From positions 1-64,000 of the forward strand of contig JAPETS010000064.1 of assembly GCA_026023565.1 (NCBI GenBank): 64,000 bases of DNA, written 5' to 3'. The notes under the pieces were generated by a model, which was given only the letters and a program-made list of their open reading frames with translations, had not been told where the DNA came from and made no database searches. The position numbers were made by a program, and so were the translations under genes. This document shows positions 40,630-51,113 of the stretch, in pieces; the first letter of the stretch is position 1, and each line of letters begins with the position of its first letter. Source of the stretch: Cirrosporium novae-zelandiae (Eukaryota).

Positions 40630-41147
40630 CTAGATAGGCCTTCCCCGCGGTCTATCTCGTTTCTCAAAGTCTTCAATTAACTCTGGAGAATTCTTGAAAT
40701 GACTTGCTGGCATCCATTTCGATTCAACTAGGGAATACTGCTGGACAAGGTATTGCTGAATTATTTTTCCTTCAACTCTTTTCTCTCTCTTATCTACAAT
40801 TTCGGCAATCCATTCATTATCATCGAAAAATCCTCCATCGCTGATATCCTGTCAATATTAAGTGTTATAAGAAAAGCCTATACCAGAAGAATCTAGCACA
40901 CTCACCGGAACCGGTTCACCCTCTGAGCTGGTATTATCCATCTGACTATCCAATATGAAATCTGCCAATGAGGATTCCGGACTTTCACAATCTTTTTGCA
41001 TATAAGCTATCTGGAATGAAAGATGACGAAACATCCGAACTCACATTCTCCGGATGGTTCTTGAGAATTGCCCTTGCACATTTCTGGGGGGAGCAAATAT
41101 GGAGAATCGCCGAGAACTACGTGCGTGTCTTTGATATTTGAATTCAT
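40630..41147 (-). CDS. Small chromodomain-like protein A with C-terminal AT-hook-like RPRGRP
   Basis: Last exon 40848-40630 reads DISDGGFFDDNEWIAEIVDKREKRVEGKIIQQYLVQQYSLVESKWMPASHFKNSPELIEDFEKRDRPRGRPI*. Middle exon has ESPESSLADFILD. First exon is tentative because it needs a 38-nt intron. Confidence 0.7.
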
Positions 41148-41703
41148 TCAGTACGATTGGATGTGTGGCGACTGAAGAGGGGAAAGGGGGACATTCGTTA
41201 ATAGTAATTAGTGACAAGTAAGATCTGCTGGCAAGCCTGGTCTTAAAAGTAGAAAAATGATTCACCAAGCATAGAAACAATGCGATAATCTGTGTATCGA
41301 CGAATATTACAGACATGATTCGGGTCTACTATTTTTAGGGTAGGCAGATGACAACAAGTATTAACCAAGGATAGAGGGTTCTGGAACGATATTTCTCAAT
41401 AATTTACTAAGCACAATATTCCTGGTGACTTAAAAGTTAACCAAGCATAAGCATGGTAGAATAGATAGAAAGCTACCTCATTCATAGGGTAAAAAGATAT
41501 TTCACGGTTCTAGATTAGGCCCATCGAATTGTAAAGATTTTTGTAACTTCACCAAGCACTATAGTTTTGACAAGGATGCAACAGTCGTTAGCCGGTATTG
41601 GCCAAGTATAAGGCTCCAACATTCACGAGACCTTTCACAGTTCAGAGCACCAATCCTTGCTGGTTCCCTTGAACAATGGTTCGAGCTGAAAGAGACCAGA
41701 AAT

Positions 41704-42054
41704 CAGTGTTGGCAATAGACTAGACCAAATAGACGGTCTACCATAGACGGTCTATAGACCTTAGACCGACCAGACGAAGCTTTTAGATAGACCAGACCGA
41801 CAAGACCGAGCTTTTTGATAGACCGACCAGACCTTAATTGTCCAAGGTCTATTCGGTCTATATAAATACGAATTATAAGGTGGGGGGTATATTTTTGTAT
41901 TATGAAGTTTGTTAGGGCATCGGAGCTCGGTATTTTATTTTATCTTATCTCCACGTGATATCACGTGGAGATAAGATAGTATGGTGAATCGAGATTCAAA
42001 ATTTCTGTCCACGCTCCGCGCGGATTATATTATCCGGGTGTCATGCCAACACTG
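41704..42054. mobile_element. Non-autonomous hAT-like element (MITE), 351 bp
   Basis: 11-bp TIR CAGTGTTGGCA / TGCCAACACTG; perfect 8-bp TSD CCAGAAAT at 41696-41703 and 42055-42062; subterminal AGAC(C) repeats. Confidence 0.92.
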
Positions 42055-42244
42055 CCAGAAATCAATTGTTACTTGGAATCAAAAAAATTGAAATGATATT
42101 AATAGTGTGATGAACAGTCTATATGAAGGAGTGGGGTTGAAATTAAAGAAATCCTCATTGCCATAATCAATGATCCCAGCAACTCTTCCTAGATGCAAAA
42201 GCTTATCCTGCATTCAACTAGCTTAGAGCCCGCAATTTTTGTTA

Positions 42245-42833
42245 CTACCATTCGCTATTTCGTGGCCAGAGCTGACGCTTTTGAGACCTTCCTCGCAGGC
42301 TACTCCGCCTTTCGAAATCTTCAATCAACTCTTGAGCATTATTTAGTTGACTTGCCGGCATCCAAGTATTTTCCCACACAACTAGGTATTCCTGGATCAC
42401 TGCTTCTCTCGCCCTAACATTCCTTTTGTCAATGATTTTTGAAATCGGCCATTCGTCTGCGGTAGATTTTTCTTGATTGTTCTGACACAGTTAGCATCAT
42501 CGAATACGACTGAAATATAAAACTCACTGTTAGTAGTCCAGTTTCGTCTATAGAACTTTCTCCTTCGTCATCGAGCATAAAATCCGATATATCGGATTGC
42601 GGGCTTTCGTCTATTTGTGTAGACGGGCTACCTTTGATCAATGTAAGCAATAGGTTGAATAAAACCGTAACTCATCAACACTAACTTTGGTTACTTGATT
42701 CCTCGGCTTCCAGAAAAGTATGGGCACGGATTCTCTGTTGGCGTTCTCTGATTGGAGCGGTTGAAGATTCAGAGTAGATACTGTCGAGTTTTTGCACGGA
42801 TGCACCAATAGTATCATGATTTTGGGATGTCAT
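42245..42833 (-). CDS. Small chromodomain protein B (162 aa, 3 exons)
   Basis: Exons 42833-42686, 42631-42528 and 42481-42245 splice in frame at GT-AG sites. Last exon: DEWPISKIIDKRNVRAREAVIQEYLVVWENTWMPASQLNNAQELIEDFERR. Confidence 0.82.
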
Positions 42834-43314
42834 AATGTTTGATGGAACATACAAAATAATAATAATGTTGTTAGATGATCAATGAAGACCAAGAAAAGAC
42901 ATCAGTATATATTTGATATGTGAGGGACTCCGAATCGTTTAACTTCATTATTGAATCCACCAAGCACACCGATCCTTTTCCGAAAGAGGTTGTAAATATT
43001 CACCAAGCACAAGGGTAAAGGGTCTGACGGGCCCCTCAAATTCGCTTAGCCAGTCGAAAAGACTTGTCAATGTTCCATAAGCTATCCCCGGCTTTATCGT
43101 ACAGCGACAACGAAGGCCTCTATTTGTATAAGCTAACTTAATGAAGGAAATAGAAGTATACTTTTCAGATAACCAAAATTGAAAAGCTGGACGATTATCG
43201 ATTAGTACGCGGAGCGGATATCGGAATCCGCTCATTAGGAGAAAGCGCCACAGCTTCCTTTCAAGGCTAAGCTATCCGCTTAGCGACCAGATAACGAGTA
43301 GCAGCAAAAACTAC

Positions 43315-43428
43315 AGCTGTGAACAGGGATATAAAATAATATTCCGGAAGATTCCGTGCCAAGATTAGATAGTATAGCTAGCATATTTTTCACAGGTTCA
43401 TTTCTATATCCTTATACAAAATAACAGA
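43315..43428 (-). repeat. ~115-bp non-coding element, copy 2 (inverted)
   Basis: TTCCGGAAGATTCCGTGCCAAGATTAGATAGTATA...CAAAATAACA is the reverse complement of copy 1 with substitutions. Confidence 0.85.
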
Positions 43429-45574
43429 ACTTCTTCTTCAGGAGAAGCTTTCATCTCAGACGACACTATAGCCAATATTATGGTTTCTACCCTGCACCCT
43501 CACAGCACTAACATTAGTTTGGTCAATCCAAGGTAAGTCAATAATACAGTATGTCATAGTGTCAACTGACTCTCATATAAAAAATTACAATATAATACAG
43601 GCTAACTGATCGGGATCGAGAACGAACATGGTTTTTGATATTTGTATACCATGCCTGGTCGGGGTCTAAGTCTATACTTTATGAGTCCTGGTTTGAAGGT
43701 AGGAACCAAAAATCACATTGGTGGGAAAATAATTTGGAACTCACTTGTCGACAGACCCCTCCTAACTTGGAAAAATGCAGACTTCACATGAACCTGCCTT
43801 TCAGCTAAGCTACCACCCTCTTCCTCGATGATCCAGTCCTCATATCAACTCCGGTCACGCCAAAATAGTACATCACCGAATATTGTTTCTGCCAATATTC
43901 AGCTCTCTCGAACATACTTCAGGCTCTATCATTTCTGTATCCACCGTGTTCTTGATTTTTGTTCTTGTCATCGTGGCTTCTCCTGAATGTATTTTCAACT
44001 CCATAGGTGAAAAGACAAACAACTTGAATTTATTTCATACGATATTAGAATTCTGCGATTATAACCTTTTCCATACACCATCTTTTTTTTCATAATTCAA
44101 CTCCTTTCCAGTCGAATGCGAGCTTTCTGTTCCATGGTAGCTAGACAGAATAGCGAATCCATGAAAGGCTATCGATTGAATAGATACCTGTCTATTGACA
44201 TGGCCCTCCAAATTTATTATTCGTGGATACATTAAAACTAACTCCCCCTATACAGTCTCTATCCTAGTTATATCGCCTATTCAAACATACAGTTGTTGAG
44301 TATGTTCAAACAAGTTATCGTCAGCCTAGGTATTACTCCCCAAAAATATACAGTTGAACACACCTATATTGAACAACATCACGTCTATGATCCGATTTCC
44401 AACGCTATGTCCCGAAACCTTAGGGTTTCTGCAGGAAGAATCAGTGGATAGGTCTCTACCTTTTCAGCGAATGATGATAGGAGCAATGGTGCAAACCAAC
44501 AAATCGGTGCCATTCCTCTATCATCAGATGACTAAATTTGATATGAAAATGGAACCATACGATAACTGCTGTATGGAATACTGATACACCGGTTGATCAT
44601 AGTGAACTACTAATTAGTACTAATTCTATTGAACAGTCTCATCGATTCTAACGGAATGTAATGACTTAAAGATTTTAGGATTAGTTTTGCCATCCTCTGA
44701 AGCCTACCCACCAGCTCCACCATTTTACGACAAAATGAGGATTTTGAATAGATTCAAGAAGCCTGACAGAGGGGTCCCAGAAATAAGGTAGGTATATTTC
44801 TGAGAGACAGAACTCTACACATCATGGACACCTGGTCCAGACCTTAAATGTATCCTAGAATTCCCTATTTGGAAATCCAAACATGCATTTTCAACTGCCT
44901 CTCCGGTGACTTCCAACATCCTCTGTTCATTTATCCATTTGGCCAGTCCCTCCCGCTGCTCTGACACAGCGAAAGTAGGTTTAGCATTCTCATGTCCGGT
45001 TGCACTGCCCTGTTGTCTATATTTGCGATACGACATTAGACCTGACATGCATCTTGTGGCACAATATGCAGTTCAATAAGAGCTATAGTATATCAATTAG
45101 CGAATCAATCAGAACATACAGTCCCTCTACTCATCCACCCAAACGACTCCTCTCTCTAAATGCATCGATCTGGCTGTGACAAATATTTAGTTCATAACAC
45201 GTTGTGTCCTAATCACGCATTGCCAACATTGCCATTCCTCGGATCGAGATCTCATACCAGGCTTAGACCCATGTATAGTCTGATAAAATGATGGTTGTGA
45301 TTGAAGCGGCCTCAATACTGGTCCTGCTCGAGCTGGCGTGAAAGCCTTATATGCATCAGAAGGTATTGAGACACGAAGAATTGTCGGCGACGGCCGTGTC
45401 AGACTTCGGGAAATGAGGCCATGTCTCTACCTTGGCCCAGGGACATCCAAATATATAAAGGGCAGCTTTTCCTTCCAAACTGATTGTTGCTCTACTTTCA
45501 CTCCATTCGGTTTCCGCTTTTTCTCCAATCCTATATATTCATACTTCATTCCAATTATTCAAACATCATCTATC

Positions 45575-46513
45575 ATGCAGTCTTCACGCCCTTCCACCTC
45601 CAGTTGGTGTCCTCTTGACATTCTGTGCATCGATCCTGAAGGAGATGCTAGTTGTGTCGGCATAGCCTGCTCCAAAAATCGAAAATGCAAAGTTGTTGTT
45701 GCCAAAGCGACCCGAACCAAGGCTCAGAAGCTTCTTGATGAAATTGCTCAGCTTCCAGCCAACGCAGAAGAAGTCCGGCAGAAGCTTATTGACCTTGCAC
45801 ACTATCTTCTTTGTAAACGCTTCCACCAGAACCAGGCGGATGAGATGATGGAAAAATGGTGGTCGAAAATTCAGCAATCAACGGAACTGTCTCCACAGAA
45901 TCTTACGCCTCCACCAAGTCCCCGAGTATCAGGACGACATAACACACCCTCGATTCGATCCAACCGTACCCGGCTAACATCGAGGAATACCAATGTGCAG
46001 TCAGCTGCAACTATTTCTTCTGCGCCTTCCCGAGGACCAGCTGCAGTCTCGACACCTCCACCCAGTCCTCGTCCGACCGTGGGCCGACGCAATTCCAGTC
46101 CAAGACAAAACAACCAACAGTCAGACAATGATGATAATGATGATGATGAATCAGTTTTATCACTCACGCAAGAGCATCACGATTCCGTTTTGATTTCATC
46201 ATCTATCCCAAATAATGTCCGCTCTTCGCCTCATGAAACCAATGGAATTGATTTAACCGACTGCTGTACGATTTGTCAGGAATCCTTGCAAGGACACTGG
46301 GGAGCTTATTATGTATGCAATCAGTGTTCTAAAGCACTTCATTCCGGATGTTATCAACGTCTAAGAGGATCTCGTCGGGATATTCCTCCATGTCCGAGTT
46401 GGTAAGTTTTTTCTTTCCAGATTTTGTGAATGCAATAGTTACTAATTTTCGGTTGTAGTCGCTCTAGAGAAGGGTTCGAATGCTATTCACGCCTTCGGAA
46501 CAGAAGGTCTTGA
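45575..46513 (+). CDS. RING-variant (C4HC3) zinc-finger protein with N-terminal Cys/His domain, 1 intron
   Basis: CTIC..CNQC..LHSGC..CPSCR after splicing; N-terminal CVG..RKC..LLCKRFHQ; Pro/Ser-rich linker. Confidence 0.75.
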
Positions 46514-47292
46514 TTGATACGCCATGTTCTTGTCAAAATGTTGATACAAAGTCAGGATTTTATAGTAGACGAGGACTTAGTATGTAAAAGGACTTCAGTG
46601 TTGGAACTATAGTCATCATTAGTTTTATTTATTGGGTTGATGTCAGTTCTGGAGAATTAGGGCACCGTTTTTTATAATAAATTTTTTTCCTCTCCAGTCC
46701 ACGTTTTATCTATGGGTTACATATCTCACCAAGTTATAATTTTTGATGTCTATAAGCAATACTATGACGTATATTTTATCTGGTCTATCATGCTCGAAGG
46801 CGCCAAATCAGACCGTCAAGTGCTCTCGATTTCGCTTTCTATGATCTCAAGAGTTTGCGATGAGCTAATAAGTCGAATATTCTATTCCTAGCACACGCCA
46901 TAAGGAATGAAATGGACATAAGGGCAGAAATTGACCCAAGTCAGAAAATTGACCTGGGGACTTAACTAACTTGAGTCAATTCTCGAACATAGGTCAAGAG
47001 CTTGACTTACGGCCGAGAATTGACGTGAGGAACGGATTGACTTGAGGAATAGGTTGACTTGAGTGATAGCACTCCCAAACAGAGTACCATCAGTTGTAGG
47101 GCGGGGTCCTACTGTGATGCCCCCCCATTGAATAGTAGTCACCAGTTCATGATGGTGGTATTGTTCTGATATTGTCCCATTTCTGTTTAGATTCGTATAA
47201 TAGGGTTTAATTATAATAGAGGCTAAAAATAATATGCAATATATTCCAGTAACTGAATCATGGTAGACATACTGAAGGTGATACGGGCCTTG

Positions 47293-47409
47293 TTTGCTAT
47301 TTTGTGTAAGGATTGTGAATTTGAATTTATGAAAAATATACTATCTACACTATCTAGTCTTGGCACAGAATACTCCGGAACATCATTATATTCTTACCAA
47401 CAGCCACAT
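47293..47409 (+). repeat. ~115-bp non-coding element, copy 3
   Basis: TTTGCTATTTTGTGTAAG...ACTATCTAGTCTTGGCACAGAATACTCCGGAACATCATT. Confidence 0.85.
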
Positions 47410-47963
47410 CGTATTCAGTGATGGCTCAAAACCAGGATCGGATAGCGTAAGCAGTACACTGCAGACCGTAATGCGAATGCGAGTATCTTTAGCATTATTT
47501 ATATATGACCGTATAAAGTGGTAGGAAAACGTCTGAAAATTTTTTTAGTTAGTGTAAGAATCGTGCGTTAGAATTGTTGATTCTTTTACTTCTCTGGTTA
47601 CCATTAAGAGGTAACCGTCTACGGTTAAGCACTAAGCGCTTGTAATTAAGCGTTAACCGCCTATAGTTAAGCCTTAAGCGCCAGTTGGTTATGGTTTTGA
47701 CCTTATGGCTCTGACAATTAGGATTACTAGATTTAGAACAATTGACACTACCAATTTAATGCCAAGCCAAAAAAATCACAAAACTAAGATTAAGTATTGA
47801 GTTTTAAATTTAATGTCAGCTTTTACCTTAGTTATTTAGTAGTGGGATAACCAATTTCTGATTAATCTTAATTCTATTGGCCAATGATTCTAGAATCCCG
47901 GCCGGTGAATTAAATTCTTAATGTTTTAAATACGTCTTAATAATAATATTTTTTATACAAGAC

Positions 47964-48106
47964 TGTTACGGATGCCAAGCCACATACACGTGACATCAGT
48001 GACCTGGTCACATGACACACTGTATATAGATCCCTGAGCCTTGCACGTTAGATTCTAGACGATAAGTTATATAATCCACACAAAGTTACCCCTAGGAGTC
48101 GTAACA
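47964..48106. mobile_element. Solo LTR (143 bp)
   Basis: TGTTACG...CGTAACA termini; flanks AAGAC/AAAAC (5-bp TSD with one G>A change); first 25 bp identical to 58756-58780. Confidence 0.8.
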
Positions 48107-48976
48107 AAAACTTGTGTGCAGCTTAGAAAAATTGTTAGAACTAGAACTGGATGGTTTAAAACTTAATCGTTGATAGTTAGCGCTTGGCAGTAACAATTAA
48201 AGCAACTGGGGAAACTCAAAAACCCCCCAGCATTAACAGATGACTCTTACAAAAATCCAATGCATAGGAACAGAAATATCAATATATTCTTTGATTTTAT
48301 TTACACCAATTCCAGAGTTTCTTCCGGTATGCCTTGCGTTTGATTACAAATATACTGATAATGTAGGGATTTGATCATAGTAAAAACGGCAATTTGAAGC
48401 TATAGAGTTAGCCAATCGATCATACAAGTGGGACAAAAGGATCATACCGTTGCTAGATACGCCCATAAAAAATCAAAAAAAAAACTCAAAGTGGCAATTA
48501 TCAGGCCGATAAGAGACAGGAACGCTGTCATGGTTGTAGCCATCCATAACACCCGCTGATGCCAGAGCTGCGGTACCCTGGACTGGAAGATGAAATTTCT
48601 CAAATAAAGTATGAAATCAATTAGACGGGGAGATCTGATCTCATGATAGGATTCGTGAGATATCTGGATTTCTTGTCGGATGCAGGTCGAAATCACCCAG
48701 AGGCGGTAGCACATTCCAGACCAGATAAACCCTTGAACAACATTCACGGTAAGTAACCCGGAGTTAATAAAATAACGCGTTGAATGAGAGAGGTGATCGT
48801 CAAAAAACCTACTAGCATAAATGAGTGCTCTATAAATGCAAGGTAATGCTTACAATAACAATAAAGTTATTTTAAGCCCAGAAAAAAATATAATGGCTAT
48901 AGCTATCAGACGAGGAGCTTGACTCCAAAACATAAGATACTAATGATAATTAGCACAGATTGTCAAATGACAGTGT

Positions 48977-49333
48977 TCACGATTTCACCTCATGCAGAAA
49001 CAGTACCACCAATAAGCAACCAAGATTAAAATGGAGAATCGGCCTGGATGAATCTATTCCATGTGTGATTAGTGACGTCGCAGTATCCCATAATGATTTA
49101 ATACCTTGTTTGAAGACTGGAGCGAGCACAGTCAGAAACAGCAAACTTATAGTTCCTGCAATCATTGCTATACCTAGGACCACTTGACAGAGGAAGAGTG
49201 GTTTTCGAGATAGTGATATAATTTCTGAAAGCTCTCTCTTGGTTCTATAAGTCAACCAAATCCAGAAACTGCAAATGGCACCGTATAGTGCTGCTGCTGA
49301 AACCATCAACTGAAAGATTTTGGAATTATCCAT
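48977..49333 (-). CDS. Possible small membrane protein (may continue into 48442-48747)
   Basis: ATG-initiated 118-aa ORF with about three hydrophobic segments; no recognisable family. Confidence 0.3.
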   Translation of the reverse strand: MDNSKIFQLMVSAAALYGAICSFWIWLTYRTKRELSEIISLSRKPLFLCQVVLGIAMIAGTISLLFLTVLAPVFKQGIKSLWDTATSLITHGIDSSRPILHFNLGCLLVVLFLHEVKS

Positions 49334-51113
49334 TGAGTAAGTTCACAAGATCCACAAAGAAATAATATCAGTATCGCAGCGCAGTCATGACATACATCCA
49401 ATATATGCATGCTGACCAGGTCACAGCCACCTTACAGGTATTCTACAAAGCTAGACCGTGCATAGAACAGTCCCACACTAATTTTCAGCTCACTGCTAGT
49501 ACAAGAATACCTCAATAGGTGGATAATTTTCTCCTTTGCTGCTGGATTCTCATTCATCTCCATTCGCTTTTTGCAGTCTAAACATCGTTCTTTTGACTAT
49601 CCATGGCTCTGATAAACAGGGTCATAGGTTTCTTAGGGGTAAATTTTATACCGAAAGGAGAGATAGCACTTGAAGTGATTTGATAAAAAAATTTGGACAT
49701 TTTTGGCATCTCTAAGGAATGTCGCTTCTTCTGTTCAAGCTTCCAATGACTACAAGGGCTGGGAGAACTCAAAGGTTCATGGGATCACATGTAGTAGGAA
49801 TGGTGGACTGTTCTCTGCATCCATCCTAAGTTTATCCTGGTAGTAAAGAGAATGTCCTTGTGATGTTGAGATGAGCTGCGTATGCGAATAGATCCTTAAT
49901 GGAGACTGTCATGTTAACTGAGCTGAATGAATGACTTGTCTCGAATGTGCTCAGGAATGGAACTGTTGGATTTTGAGGTCTCATCCAGGCAGTGCATCTC
50001 AATCAGCCCTTCTATTTCGCATGAAAAGGTCCACCAAATCATCAAATCATTTCAAGGTGGATACCAAACCTGCAGTGTTGAAGGCCCCTTTTCCCATCAA
50101 CCAACCATCTGGCCGAACCGCATAGCAGATGATTCAATAAATATCAGTGCCGGTTTGATATTCCACAAATTACTTTCGATGCAGAAAGGTGTTATTAGCG
50201 TTATAATCCAGAAATATTTTAGTACAACCATCATGACTGTGATGAAGTATTGGGTTATCGGACCTTATCCTGACTGAATTACGGGAGGAAAGGGGGCTCT
50301 GCTTAAGCCGTCTCATATCGATGATCGAATTCTACGCCAGCTAGATCTAGAATGAAAGAACACGAAAAAAAAGATAAAGTGAGAACGATTGACTGGTTCA
50401 TCTATCACCCGATCACACCTATTTTGTGGCAATATTTGTCAAAAAAAATAGGCAAGCTTTCGGTTGTACGGAAGTTGCCTCATATTCAGCAGCAATTAGG
50501 CATCGAATTCATTCTTATCCCCCTTCATATTAACATATAGTCACTCTCTCATAATCTATTGGCCCAAAGCACAAGGAAACGGCTACGCGGCCACGTAGGC
50601 CTGAGAACGCTTTCTGGAATACTCCCAGATAGCACCTCTCTCTACTATTGCTTTTTTAGTTATAAAAGATGCCCTAAGCTCTAGCAATGGTGCAAAAGCC
50701 AAGATCTACAGGAACCTCTTAATATCTAGTAGTAAACACGAGAGGTATTTTCTATAAAAACAATAATAGACAATGAATTAAAATATAGGGCGCTATTTAG
50801 TGTTCTATCAGTTGTAATATATTTTATAGCACTTACGAATATTGGGTTTATCTTTCCAGGATCGCTTCAGCCATTATACCATTTAAACAGAAAATATAAG
50901 AGCAATCAACCCGCGTGGTTGATTACCTCTAGTCACTAGATATATACCAAATAAATTCAACTAGCCTCATACAGCTAGATCAAAGCAACGGAAGCCCCAA
51001 GGTCTTGACAAATCTATACTATTTCTATAGGGATAAAACATAGATAGAATAGCAAGAAAAAGATAATTAATAAATTCTAATCACAGTCACGGCATCACCA
51101 GCAGTACTATTAG

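Noticed and set aside
47590..47690. Quasi-palindromic TAACCG..GGTTAAGC repeats
   Set aside because: Only two degenerate units with no termini or TSD; cannot assign.
49560..50540. Several short ORFs downstream of the captain
   Set aside because: No recognisable motifs or consistent splice model; possibly a decayed gene but unsupported.
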